Assembly (NCBI RefSeq): GCF_009914755.1
Contig: NC_060938.1
Source: the human T2T-CHM13v2.0 reference genome, Homo sapiens
Direction: 5' to 3' (one strand)
Length of the DNA stretch: 64,000 nucleotides
The position numbers and the translations under genes were made by a program. Below the pieces are notes generated by a model. The model worked only from the letters and a program-made list of their open reading frames with translations. It was not told the origin of the DNA and did not search any database. This document shows, piece by piece, positions 13,941 to 27,820 of this stretch; within the stretch, counting starts at the first letter, position 1; every line of letters begins with the position of its first letter.

Positions 13941-14004
13941 AGAATTTAGCGTGTAACAGTTAGTATTTCACACCAAACGTAACATCTCATAATGCAGCAC
14001 CATT

Positions 14005-14890
14005 TAAAAATAAACTTTGATTTTAGAACACTTTTATGTTTACAAGAAAATGGAGCAAATGGCTTAAAGAGTTTCCATACACTTCACGCTATGTTTTCCC
14101 TCTTATTAACGTCTTACACAAATATGTTACAATTAATAAACCAATATTGATATATAATTATTAACAAAAGTACATACTTTTTAAAAAAAATTTAATTTAA
14201 TAACTTCTTCCGGTTCCAGGATTCTGTGTTACATTTAGTAAGGCATTCAAATAGGAAAATAAGTCAAACTACCTCTCTTCACTGATGATAAGATTCTGTA
14301 ACTAGATTTCCTAAAGTCTCTGCCAGAAGGCTCCTAGAACTGATAAATTTCTTTAGTAAAGTTTCAGGATATAGAATCAATGTACAAAAATCAGTAGCAT
14401 TTCTATATGCCAACATCCAGGCTGAGAGTGAAATTAAGAACACAATCCCAGTTACAATAGCCATACAGAAAATGAAATATTTAGAATATTTAGGCATATA
14501 GCTAACCAAAAACATGAAAGATCTCTACAAGGAAAACTACAAAACAAAATCAGAGATAATACAAATAAATGGAAAAACATTCCATGCTCATGGACTGGAA
14601 GAATCAATATTGTAAAAATGGCCAAACTGCCCAAAGCAATTGATGAATTTGACATTATTCCTATCAAATTACTGACGTCCTTCTTCACAGAATCATGTCT
14701 TCATGTGCTATTTTTAGCTGTGACAGTTACTTTGATTTTTCTTGTTTATGATTACCTTTGGAGTTTTGGTAAATACAAGTTAGGTACTATGTAGAGGGTA
14801 TTTCTATTAAAATTTGTTTGGTGACTTTCTTATGGTTAAACTTGTTTGTGTTCTTGGAAGGAAGACCAAAGATGTAAAGAATAACGTGGT
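14005..14890 (-). mobile_element. L1MC/MD-type 3' region (host of a younger L1 fragment)
   Basis: ttagaacacttttatgtttacaagaaaat...ttccaggatt...catttagt|catgtct; similar to the copy at 45615-46200. Confidence 0.6.
14240..14693 (+). mobile_element. Internal L1PA/PB ORF2 (RT) fragment with no poly(A)
   Basis: Encodes LSLFTDDKI (degenerate LFADDMI RT motif) and aaagtttcaggatatagaatcaatgtacaaaaatcagtagc. Confidence 0.85.
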
Positions 14891-14987
14891 TTTTTTTGGT
14901 AAGTCACCCATATCATTGGCTAATTAATGTTATTATAATTCTCTAGTCTATCTATTATGTGTTCAACTCCATAGTGTTTCTATGCAC

Positions 14988-15166
14988 CTTTGGACTTAAA
15001 TCCAGGTATATTATTACTCAAGTGTGTGAGATTAGCTTGATCTTCTTGAAGTATAGATAAATGCCTACAGACTAGTTTGATACAGTCTTTAGGCTTTTGT
15101 GATATATTAATCAAACTATGTGATTTAACTATCCAAGTTCCTTTATAAATTTTAGAACAAGAAGCC
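14988..15166 (-). pseudogene. Candidate exon C (179 nt, phase 2-1; ASCSKIYKGTW...NNIPGFKSK)
   Basis: Acceptor atagttttcag|G; weaker donor AAG|GTGCAT; 59 open codons in unique sequence. Confidence 0.4.
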
Positions 15167-15634
15167 CTGAAAACTATATTCAGCTTGATGACTGTAATAT
15201 AAACATTATCATCTCCATCGGTACTGTACATATTAAAGACTCCATGTTATTTTGTAAATCAGAATAAATTTCCTAAGCTAGATTCTCATTGAATTAGTTT
15301 AATAAATGCTTATTAACAGTATTCATTTGAATTTTATAATTCTATCTATATTTTTCTCTCATAACTAGTAAAATTCAATTTTGATTCAGTAAGTTCTGAA
15401 TATATTATCTATATTGCCTGTTCTGTAAAACTATTTCCTGGGAGTGGAATTTCATAGGACTTGTCTATCAAATATATTATGTGCATATAAGCCAGCTCCT
15501 CTGGATGTGTTAACTGGATATGTGAAACATAAGAGCCTTTATAATATGTAATAAAATTTAGTTGAAATATACTTAACATTATATTCCATTTGCCACATGA
15601 ATTAATAATATGTAAGGTAGAAAATCAAGTTTAA

Positions 15635-15805
<171 letters not shown>

Positions 15806-16001
15806 TAACACACTCTATCAAGGCCCTGTATATATATTTTATATGACAGTAATCACAATAGCTGGATTATCACTTTCGAGACATCCAAAGTATATAGTCT
15901 TTCATGAGAAAGAGAGGTTTTAAGAATGAGTGCATAAACTGCCTACTGTTGACATTAGTGCTGCATTGAAACACTTGACCGTGGTTCAAATGTAGCTAAG
16001 A

Positions 16002-16170
16002 ACAGTACTTCTCAAAGTCACCTGAAAATGTTGCTAAAACACAGATTTCTTAATTTTCTAAGGCCCATACCTGGAAATTCTGATTCAGTTGTTTGGTAGG
16101 GGCCTGAAAATTTGCATTTCTAACAAGGCCCAGATAATATTGATGTTTCTGTTCGCCCCTTCATACTTTA
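16002..16170. mobile_element. MER5-type hAT MITE
   Basis: cagtacttctcaaa...ttctgattcagt...ggggcctgaaaatttgcatttctaacaag. Confidence 0.7.
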
Positions 16171-17158
16171 AAAAAGCAAACAGGTAGTAATAAACTCTTA
16201 CAAGAGTGGATCTCTTCTTTTAGGGATAATATTCTGGGAATGAAGTTAGATACATAAATTAAAGAACAAATTCCAAGGGAAAAAATGGTGATAGTTCCAT
16301 TGAAATTTAACTAATCTGTCATATTGAAATTATTTGTATTTTCTCATGTATCATGTATTCTAAAGCAACATGCCCCAAAAGGCATAATAGTTTTGTATCA
16401 TGGTGGTTCTGTAGGGATTTTGCAAACAGTTTTCAAGAATAATTCACTTTATGAAGCTCAATCTATGTTATTTCTAAGTTATTTCCTGATAATAATAAAG
16501 AATTAAGTAGACAAAAAGTTAGATACAAATAATATAGAAAATAACACTAATAATTTAGATTTTTTTGAAGTTTTATTTTCCCACTTTTTTTGTTGTTGAA
16601 ATAGTATAAATTCATTTTTTAACCTTTGTTTAAAGGAAGATTTTAATTTTTTTTGAGTGAGGATGACGTCTTTTCATATTGTGATTTCTAAATTTGTTTT
16701 TACATAATTTATGCAATCAAAATATATTATTCCTATAGAATTAAATAACAGACAGGTGTTTATTTGGCATTTCAAAAGTAAAACATTGTGAGCAATTATT
16801 AAGCTATTGTTTTGGTTTAAGATGTTATGTAGAATAATAAAAAAGAAAAATAAATATTATTTGGCAATATATGCATACCATGTTTATATTTCATGCATAA
16901 TGAGACTAACTTCTGAATATTTAAATCACAATGATAATCAAATAATGCTCATTGTTTGAGATAACACTACTAATATTATTATTCTAGCCTACATTTCCAG
17001 TAATAGATATTCAATTTAAAATAATCACTAGTTCAGAAATAATCTAATTAATTCTAAACCTATATGCCTATAAGAAGTCCTAGTTATCTCTACAATAAAT
17101 TCATAGCTTCTTACACTAAATACATATGGCTTCCACAAAGATAAATATATTTGTAAAC

Positions 17159-17237
17159 CTATTCACTGTAAATTTTCCTTTATACCTTCTTTATAATTTT
17201 GCCTCAAAGCATCTTTCATCAAAAAAGAGAGAGTTCA
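17159..17237 (-). pseudogene. Candidate exon B (79 nt, phase 1-2, one stop)
   Basis: Acceptor aatttattccag; weak donor AG|GTTTAC; its phases bridge exon A to exon C. Confidence 0.25.
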
Positions 17238-18229
17238 CTGGAATAAATTGAATTGCTTTGAAATGTGGTTTAGATGCTTTCACACTATAATATATTTTTT
17301 TAAAGCATGTCTTTGAGAATTTAGTAATTTTCAGATAGTTTCATCACATATTCATTTCAACTAAGGCATAATTACAAGGAGAATCAAGCTATAGTGGGAC
17401 AATAAACAAGATGAATGCCAAAATGCAATTTCCTGAGTTTATGTCAATTCTCACTAGAGCTATACAACACTTTGGATATAAAATTCTATACAAAAAAATT
17501 TAATGTTTCCAATAAAATCTATATTCTAGAATAAATAATATTTTATGTTGATATAACTGTAAATCAGCTTTAGCATGAGATTTGAACAATATTTTTATGA
17601 GTTACATGTATTTGAAAAGGTTGACCTTTATCCAAACTATTTTTCTTCAATACCAATGAATAATTATTAAAACATAATTATAAATTTTTTAAAATTAAGT
17701 CCAATTAATTCAGAATACTAGGTGATAAAATGACCAATATTTGCAAGAAATTTGAACCCAATTTATATTGTATTTTTAACACTATTCTAAAATAGAATAA
17801 ACATTTTTTGATACTCTTTACACCCTGACCATTCTGAGGAAATATAAAACCTTTGATTCCATTTTGACAATTTAAGTAATTTCCTGCACATTTTTAAAAT
17901 CTCATTTTGCCTGAATATCAAATGAAACTAAAAATTATGAACAAAGAACACAATGATTCTTTCATAATATAGAAGAAATAAAAAATAGACTTGAAAATGG
18001 CATAGTTCCAAATATATGCATCAAAACCTGATAATTTGCAGACCTCTTTCTTCTTCTTATATTATTTTATTGGAGAGGAGTGAGGGGTAAAATATGGAAG
18101 AAGCAGAGAGAGTGAGAACAGGGGATTTCTTCTGGTGATGCGAGAACAGGGATCTAGGGAGCCAGTTAGCAGTGGAGAAAGAGGTAGCATTACCAGTTTT
18201 GCTGAAACTATGCTGCAGTGATTACGTAC

Positions 18230-18461
18230 CATACATCCCATAAATTCCATTCCTATAGCAACAGGGATGATGGGTCCTCTGAGTCATGTTATGGTTTGCT
18301 ACCTTAGCAGTTCTGATGAATTTCAGGCTCTTCTGAATCTGCCCTTCAGGTGTTGTTTGAACTGATGTATTCTGCATAACGTTGTTGAAAGAATGGGGTC
18401 CAAAGAGAGAAATTCCATTTTTCTTATCATTGGATTTAGGCTTTTCCCACTGGAGCTAATC
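18230..18461 (-). pseudogene. Candidate exon A (up to 232 nt)
   Basis: Donor ATG|GTACGT (18224-18229); acceptor catgcatccag; 75-codon open frame LQWEKPKSND...CCYRNGIYGMY. Confidence 0.45.
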
Positions 18462-18869
18462 CTGGATGCATGTGGAATTTGAATAAGTTAATAAAATTAT
18501 GTTTGTCATTTTAAAATAAAATTTCTTCCTAGCTTCTAATTTCTCAATACATAGTGTCAGTTACTGAGATCTTGTTGCATTTGCGTTTTCTGATTCTAGA
18601 ACACCAGAAAAAAATACTGTATATTTTATTTTAGTAAAGGTAAAATAGTAGGATTATTTGAGCTTGAGTAGCAGTTAGCTAATTTTTTCATGGATTTTTG
18701 GTTTGAAGCATTTACATTTTATATCAGTGATATTAGCCACTCTGAAATAATGTGCACAACCTGAAATCACTACAGATTCATGAATTACAACCAACTAGGG
18801 CTTCAATCTGATCTCTTAATATTCAAGTTTATTAATGTTAGTTATAAATTTTACTAGTTACTCAAAATA

Positions 18870-19340
18870 ATGCACGAATCCAGGTCCTAGCAAGAGCCAC
18901 AATTCAACACCATTATTTCAAATGAGCAGACTTTAATAAAGACACTGCTCATATGCAAGGTCAACATTAAATAAAAACAAGAGATGGCAATGCACCCAGA
19001 CACCAGCAATAGCAGGATACAATTACTCCTACGGTAGAGGGGCAAGGGAAGAAAGAGTGTTACCAATACAAAGTGAGAGCTGTAACCTGTGGTAGGGTCT
19101 GTCTGAAGCTGAGGTCCTGACAGAATCAACTAGGATAAGAGGCACCAACACAATGAGTAGGAAAGAAATGATCCATTTGGTCTTTCCCATCCTCTGGTCT
19201 CTTTTCAGATCAGATTAAATGATGCCTCTCCCAAACAAAGGCCAAAAAAAAAAAAAAAGAGAGAGTTCAGAAGGTATCTCAGTGAGGCTCAGCATTGGAG
19301 AAACACAGCAGAAAAGAGGAAAACAGGTATGAGAAGAACT
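18870..19340. mobile_element. Probable old ERVL-class LTR remnant
   Basis: GC-elevated block with ccaggtcctagcaag...actttaataaag...accagcaatagcagg; family not resolved. Confidence 0.35.
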
Positions 19341-19699
19341 AACAAAAGAAATTAAAAAGTGCATAGATAAGGGAAAAACACACTGAATTCCCACGGTACA
19401 GTTTCATCAAATGTTGGGGTTTTTTTTTCCCCCTATTTCTTTCAGACTTTACCATTAGCATCTCTGTGTTTCTAAGGAACTTATGCTCCATCAGGGGCCT
19501 TCCTTTTACTACTTGGCCCAAGTGCCCTATTTTAGAAGTCCACACCAATCACTCTCAACAAGGAAACTTTGCAACCTAAGGACAAAAGGAAGAGTAGGAG
19601 GAAGAGATGGATAGGGAAAAGAGAAGAGGAAGGAAAGCAGAAAGGACATTTTTCTGGCATATTACATATAAACCTTTTCTTAATATGGTTCATGCTTAC

Positions 19700-19751
19700 C
19701 TAAACTCTCCTTTTTTAATACTACATTGAATACTCCAATGCTTCTCCATTT
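19700..19751 (-). pseudogene. Candidate exon (52 nt)
   Basis: Strong donor AG|GTAAGC; acceptor catcatactcag; open in two frames. Confidence 0.4.
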
Positions 19752-22410
19752 CTGAGTATGATGAGACTAATTGTACAAATAGATTTTTGTTTTTTCTTAT
19801 TTTTGAAATTTACCTTCACTGCTGAACACCATCTTGACTTGGCAAAGATTAAAACTCTCATAAGTGTTTTGTGTTTGTTTGCTTGTTTTTTTTTTATTTA
19901 TTTTTAATTTTTGTGGGTACTTAGTAGGTGTATACATTTATAAGCTCCATAAGATGTTTTGATATAGGTATGCAATGTGTAATAATCACATCATAGAGAA
20001 TAGGGTATCCATCCCCTAAAGCATTTACCCTTTGTGTTACAAACAATCCAGTTATACTCTTTTAGTTATTTTGAAATTTACAGTTATATTATTATTGACT
20101 ATAGCCCCTCTGTTGTGCTAGCAAACACTAGATCTTATTCATTCTTTCTAGCTATTTTTTTATACCCGTTAACCATTCCCACCTCCTTCCCACTCTCAAC
20201 TCCCCACTATCCTTCCAGGCCTCTGGTAAACATCCATCTATTCTCCATCTCCATGATTTCAATTGTTTTGATGTTTAGACTCCACAAATAAGTGAGAATA
20301 TACAATGTTTGCCTTTCTAGGCCTGGCTTATTTCACTTAAACATAACACCAGTTTCATCCTTGTTGTTACAAATGACAGGCTCTCGTTCTTTTTTTATGG
20401 TTGAATATTCTCCACTGTGTATAAGTACCACGTTTTCTTTATCCATTCATCTATTGATGGACACTTAGATTGCTTCCAAATCTTGGCTACTGTGAACTGC
20501 ACTGCTACAAACATGGGAGTGTAAATATCTCTTCGGTATACTTATTTCATTTATTTTGGGTATATGCCCAGCAGTGGAATTGCTGAATCATATGGCAGCT
20601 CTATTTTCAGTTTCTTGAGGAAACTCCGAACTGTTCTCTCTAGTGGCTGTACTAATTTACATTCCTACCAATAGTGTATGAGGGTTCTCTTTCCTCCACA
20701 TGCTCACAAGCATTTGTTATTGCCTGACTTTTGGATAAAAGCCATTGTAACTGGGGTGAGATAATACCTCATTGTAGTTTTGATTTGAATTTCTCTGATG
20801 TTCAATGATGTTGAGCAACTTTTCACATGCCTGTTTGTCATTTGTATGTCTTTATTTGGGAAATTTCTATTTAAATCTTTTGCCCCTTTTAATCAAATTA
20901 TCAGATTTTTTAAGGGAGTTATTCAAGCTCCTTATATATTCTGGTTATTAATCCCTTGTCAAGTGAGTGTTTGCAATTATTTTCTCCCATTTAGCAGGAA
21001 TGTTGTCTCTTCACTTTATTAATTGTTTCCTTTGCTATGCAAAAGCTTTTTAACTTGCTATGATCCCATCTGTCCATTCTCCCTTTGGTTTCCTGTTCTT
21101 GTGAGGTATTATTTATAAAATGTTTGCCCAGACCAATGTCCTGGAGAGTTTCCCCAATCTTTTAGCAGTTTCATAGTTTGAGGTCTTAGATTAAATCTTT
21201 TGTATATTTTGATTTTTTTGTATGGTGAGAGATAGGGTCAAGTTTCATTTTTTCTGCATATAAATATCCAGTTTTTCCGGCACCATTTATTGAAGAGACT
21301 CCTTTCCCCAATGTATGTTCTTGGCACATTGGCTGAAAGTGAGTTCACTGTAGTCTTGTGGATTTGTTTCTGGGTTCTCTATTCTGTTCCATTGGTCTGA
21401 GTCTGTTTTTATGCCAGTACCATGATGTTAAGCTTAGTATAACTCTGTCATATAATTTGTAGTCATATACTGGGATTCCTCCAGTTTTGCTCTTTTTGCT
21501 CAGGGTGGCTTTGGCGATTCTGGATCTTTTATGATTTCATATACATTTAGGATTGTTTGTTCTGTTTCAGTGAGGAGTGTCATTGATATTTAATAGGGAT
21601 TGAACTTAACCTGTAGATTGCATTGGGTAGTATTCACATTTTAACAATATTGATTTTTCCAAACCATACTCATGGAATAACTTTCAGATTTTTGTGTCCT
21701 CTTCAATTTCTTTCTTCAGTGTTTTATAGTTTTCATTGTAGAGATCTTTCACTCTTTGGTTAATTGTTCTGTATTTAATTTATGTCTACTGTAAATGGGA
21801 TTACTTTTAAATCTCTTTTTCAGATTATTCATTGTTGGCATGTGAAAATGCAACTTATTTTTGCATGTTGATTTGTATCCTGCAACTTCACTGAATTTGT
21901 TTATCATTTCTAATAGTTTTTTTAGTGGAGTCTTTAGTTTTTTCCAAATATGATATCATAGTATCTGCAAACAGTGATAATTTGACTTCTTCATTTCTAA
22001 TTTGGACTCCCTTTGTTTCTTTCCCTTGTCTGGTTGCTCCAGCTAGTACTTCTAGTACTATGTTGAATAACAGTGGTGACAGTGGGGATCCTTGTCATGT
22101 TTCAGATCTTTGAAAAAAAAAGGTTGTCAGGTTTTCCACATTCGTAATGATACTAGCTGTGGGTCTGTCATATATGGCTTTTATTATGTTGAGGTATGTT
22201 CCTTCTATACCTATTTTCTCTAAGATTTTTATGATAGAGGGATGTTGAATTTCAGAAAATGATTTTTCATCATTAATTGAAATGATCATATGGTTTTAGT
22301 TGTTCATTTTGTTGATGTGATGTATCACATTGATAAATTTGCATATGTTGAAACATCCTTGCATCCCAGGGATCAATCCCATTTGGTCATCTTAAATGAT
22401 CTTTCTAATG

Positions 22411-25054
22411 CAGCAGTCCCCAACTTTTTTGGCACCAGGAACCCCGATTTTGTGTGTGTGTGTGTGTGTGTGTCTGTTGGCGGGGGGAGGCTCAGGATAA
22501 TTCAGGCACACAAGCTTTATTGTCTACTTTATTTCTATTATTGTTACATTCTAATATATAATGAAACAATTACGCAATACACCAAAATGTAGAATCAGTG
22601 GGGGCTCTAAGCTTGTTTTCCTGCAACAAGAGGGTCTAATCTAGGGGTGATGGGAGATAGTGACACCCGAAGTGTTTGCTTGTGTCCAGTCTACTCCACA
22701 ATCTTGTTTTGGTTGCTGTCACTGCATAAAACCCTGCTTCACAAAAATGGGATGTTGGAAATGGAGGTGGCTTTTCAATGCTTTTGTGAAAATCTCAGGA
22801 TATTTTACCTTGACTCTAATATAGAATGAATGGAGATTTAAAGTTGTCTCATACATACTTTTAAGGTCATCATAATTTGCAATCTCAAGCAGTTGATCCT
22901 CTTCCAGCTTGGATAAAGCCCATTTACCTGGCTTATTCACAAATGGGTTGTGGATCCATTGTTTGCCAGTTCTGGGGGCGTTTGTGTTGGAAAGTAATGC
23001 TCAAACTCTTTTGAAAGCTGAGATAGGTGATCATGCACCAGCTGCAAGAAAGAAGGCCCTGGCTCAGTCTCTTTCAAAATCTCTGCTAATATTTAAACAT
23101 GTCAAAAATACGAGTGTTCACTAGTTGTCCCCATAATTCCACTCACAGTTACTGTTCTCCCTCAAAGTGACAGATTGAGTTCATTGAGCACGTTGAATAT
23201 GTCACATAAGTAAGCAAGTATTGCAACCCATTCTGTGTCACTGAAATGTACTACCAGTGGTGACTGTTTTTGTAAAAGAAATCTCTAGAGTGGCTTTTAC
23301 AACTCAAAAATTCTGTCCAGTGAAATACCTTTAGAAATCTATCTCACTTCTGTATATAAGAGAATACATGTATAATCTGCATCCATCTCCTTACAGAGAT
23401 GCATGAACAGATGAGTTAAGGGCATGTACCTTAATTGGTTGATAATTTTAATCACATCCTGCAAAATGTTGTTAAGTTCAGGTGACATTTTTTGGCTAGC
23501 CAGCATTTCTCTATGGATGACATGGTCTGTAAACTCACATTAAGAAGCAATCTTTTTGACCCAACTAGAGAAACCAGAAAGCTGTCCAATCTTGGCAGCT
23601 GCTAGGTCTGTGCATATATGGGCATAAAATTACCAATGCAGTTTTCCTGATATGTAATCATGCAAAAATTTGAATAGTTCTGCAGCTGTGGCATTGGTTG
23701 GTAACTGGTGTACATAACATATCTGCATGCTCATCATCCTGGAAAATGTACCTTATAAAAACAAGCATTGTTGCCTTGTTGTCAACATCAGTAGACTTGT
23801 CAACCTAGATTGCATACCACAGCGACTCATTAATCCTCTCTAACAATTGTGCTTCAATGTCCTCTGCTATTTCATCAATTCATCTACTTATGGTGCCAGC
23901 CAAAAGAGAAACATGAGCCACCTTTTGAACTGCAGCCTCCCCCAGCAGTTCACCGCAAATGTCCTTAGCACAGGCAGGATTAACACTTCACCAATAGTAA
24001 TGGGCTTCTTAGCTTTAGAAATTAGGTTAGCCGCTAAGAATGATGTTCTCAGTGCAGACAAATTTGATGAAGCGATAACCTTTGATAATTCCTTCTGTTT
24101 TTTTGTTCTCATGTTTTTTTTTTCTTTTGAAAAACATCAAAGCATTATCTTTCAATACAAGGTGCTTTGTCTCCATGTGGTAAAGCAGTTTTGAAGGTTT
24201 CAAGGCCTCATTTGATAGCAGGTCACCACATATTAAACAAAGTGGGCTTACAGAATGTGAATCACCTGTTACTATGAACCCATAATTTAAGTAGGACTCA
24301 GTATTTCCTTTTAAACACAGCTTTCTTTTTGTTGGCGGTTTTAAAGTATTCTGCTATCTCATCATTGTGTCTTTTGCCCTGTCCAAAGAAGCTCTCAAGT
24401 GGCATCTGTTTTTTACTCACTTTGGCTAGGGTTGCCTTGTGAACTTACCAAAACTGTGACTCAGACAAGTGTACAATGCAGGAAAGAGACACATCTGGAA
24501 GTAGTAAATAAAATAATGGTTGCACTATACGTAAATAAAATGAGTCAGATTCTGACTTAAAGCCTACCACCGGATACAGCTGTACAATTGAAGTACATCA
24601 ATTCACTTACCAATATAAAGCCTGCTACTAAATGCAGCTTGTCACTTGCTACCCACTGATAGAGTTTTGATTTGAGTCTGTAAGAAATTAATTTACTATG
24701 GTCTCCTTGCAGTCAAACCTCTCTGCTAAAGTTAATTTGTATTTGCAGCTGCTCCACAGCACTAGCATCACTGCCTCAGCTCCACCTGAGAACATCAGGC
24801 ATTAGAGTCTTCTAAGGAGCTCGCAACTTAGATCCCTTGCCATTCACAATAGGGTGCATGCTCCTATGAGAATCTAATGATGCCATTGATCTGACAGGAG
24901 GTGGTACTCAGGCGGGAATGCAAAGTGACAGGGCACAGCTGTAAATACAAACAGCTTCACTTGCTTGCCTGCTGCTCAGCTCCTTCTGTATGGCCTGGTT
25001 CCTAATAGGCCATGGACTGGTACCAGTTCATGGCCCAGGTGTTGGGGGTCTCTG
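22411..25054 (-). mobile_element. Charlie3 (MER1-family hAT DNA transposon), near full length, dead transposase
   Basis: MER1-type termini cagcagtccccaac / gttgggggtctctg; perfect 8-bp TSD ttctaatg (22403-22410, 25055-25062); transposase remnants ANLISKAKKPITIGEVLILP and LSKLEEDQLLEIAN. Confidence 0.88.
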
Positions 25055-27462
25055 TTCTAATGTATTGTCGAATTCATTTTGCCAGTATTTTGTTGAGGAT
25101 TTTTGCATCAATATTCATCAGAGATAATGGTGTGGAATTTTCTTTTGTGTGTGTGTGTGTCTTTGGTTTTGGTATAAAGGTAATACTGGCATCATAGAAT
25201 AAGTTTGGGAGTATTCCCTCTTCCTCCAATTTTCAGAATAGTTTGAGTAAAATTGGTATTGGCTCGTCTTTGAAAGTTTGGTAGAATCCAGAGTGAAGCC
25301 ATCAGGTTCTGGGCTTTCTTTACTGGGACACTATTTTTTTTTTTATTATGGCTTTGATCTCATTACTTGTTATTGGTCTGTACAGGTTTTGGATTTCTTT
25401 ATGGTTCAATTTTGTCATGTTTTGTGTGTCTAGTAATTTATTCACTTCTTATAGATTTTCCAATTTATTGGCGTATAGTTGCTCATAGTAGTCTCTAATG
25501 TTACTTTGAATTTCTGCAGTGTCAAAGGTAATGTCTCCTGTTTCATCTCTGATTATTTTTATATGGGTCTTCTCTCATTTTTTCTTAGTCTGGCTAAAGA
25601 TTTGTCAATTCTGTTTATCTTTCCAAAAATTCAATTTTTCATTTCATTCATCTTTTCTACTGTTCTCTTCATTTCAAATTCATTTATTTCTGTGATGATC
25701 TTTATTATTTCTTTTCTTCTACTAAATTTAGGTTTAATTTGCTCTTGCTTTTTCAATCCTTTAAGAAGCATAATTAGGTTATTTATTGGAAGTTCTTTTT
25801 TTGATGTAGGCACTTATGGCTGTAAGTTTTCCTCTTATTTCTGCTTTTGTTTTATCCCATAGATTTTGGTAAGTTATGTTTTCCTTATCACTTATTTTAA
25901 GAAATTTTTCAATTTCCTCTTTATTTTCTTCATTAACCAGTTGGTTGTTCAGAAGCATACCATTTAATTTTCATGTATTTGTATAGTTTCCAATATTCCT
26001 CTTGTTGTTGATTTGCAATTTTACTTTATTTTGGTCAAAGAAGATGTTTTATATTATTTCAAATCTTTGAATATTTTAAGACTTGTTTTGTGACCAAATA
26101 TATAGCCTATTCTTGAGAATGATCCACGTGCTGAGGAGAAAAATGTGTATTCTGCAGCCATTGGCTAAAATATTCTGTAAATATGTCTTAGATCCATCTG
26201 GCCTACAGTGCAGATTAAGTCTGAGGTTTCTTTGTTGGTTCTCTCTCTGGAAGATCTGTCCAGTGCTGAAAGTGGGGTATTGAAGCCTCCTGATATTACT
26301 GTCTTGGAGTTTATCTCTCTCTTTAGCTCTAATATTTGCTTTATATATCTGAGCACTCTAATGATGGGTGCATAGGTAATTACAATTGTTATATTCTATT
26401 GCTGAATTGATTCTTTTATCATTATATAATAGGTGTCTTTGTTTCTTCTTACTTTTCTTAAAATCTATTTTATCTGATATAAATATAGTCATTTCTTCTC
26501 TTTTTTTTTTTTGGTTTCCAATGACATAAAATACCTTTGTCTCTCCATTTATTTGCAGTCTATGTGTATCTTTATAGGTCAAGTGTGTTTCTTGTAGGCA
26601 ACAGATCATTGAGTCTTGTTTTTTCATTCATTAAGCTACTCTGTGTATTTTGATTAGAGAGTTTAGTCCCTTTATATTCAGCATTATTATTTATAATAGG
26701 GACTTACTTCTCCCTTTTTGTCATTTGTTTTCTAGTTGTTTTGCCATCTCCTCCTTCTTTCCTTCCTTCCTGTCTTCCTTTTAGTGAAGGAGATTTTCTA
26801 TGTTGGTATGCTTTAATTTTTTAGCATTTCTGTGTATTCATTGTATGTTTTTTGATTTGAGGTTACTATGAAGTTTATAAATACTATCTTATAATCAATT
26901 ATTTTAAGGTGATGAAAACAATACTGATTTCATAAACAACCAGGAAAATAAAAACCTAATAAAATCCCTACAATTACACTTTAATCCCCCTCTTTAACTT
27001 TTTGTTATTTCTCCTTATGTCTTACTGTATTGACTATGTCTTGAAAAGTTGTTAAAGTTATTATTTGGATTGGTTCATCATTTAGTCTTTCTACTTAAGT
27101 CAAGACAAGTTTACACATCACAAATACAGTGTCATATAAATATGTTTTTCGTGTGCTTACTATTATATGACCAGTGAGTTTTATATCTTCAGGTGATTTG
27201 TACTTGCTCATTAATATCCTGCTCTTTTTGATTGTAAAACTCACTGTAGCATTTCTTGCAGGAAGGGCCTGAAGTTGATTAAATCCCTTAGCTTTTGTCT
27301 TTCTGAGAAGGTATTTATTTCTCCTCCAAGCTTAAAGGATATTTTCACTGAATATATTAGTCTATAGTAAAAGTTTTTCTCTTTCAGCACTTTAAATATG
27401 TCATGCCATTCTCTCCTGGCCTATAAGGTTTTCACTGAAAAGCCTACTCTGAGTATTGGAGT

Positions 27463-27478
27463 TTCTTTCTTGTTTTTT

Positions 27479-27530
<52 letters not shown>

Positions 27531-27558
27531 TTTCTTTCTTTTCTTTCTTCTTTCTTTT
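27463..27558. repeat. (TTTC)n microsatellite, probably derived from a poly(A) tail
   Basis: Direct observation. Confidence 0.95.
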
Positions 27559-27820
27559 CCATGTATTTTTAAATCTTTCTTAGAAATCTGAAGGCTTTTC
27601 AGTACAGACTTAATTTTGAATTCATAACATTCTTTGATTTTTCACATGATATATATTAACCTGATTTTGTATTACAATATGCTTTTCATTTTTGCTAACT
27701 TATTTTAACATAGACATGAGCTAAAGTGATCTTAATTATATCCTAATTATATTTTTACACAAAACTTATAAAATTATTTAAATTTTGACCCAACTATTAG
27801 AATGGTTATTACATTGATTC

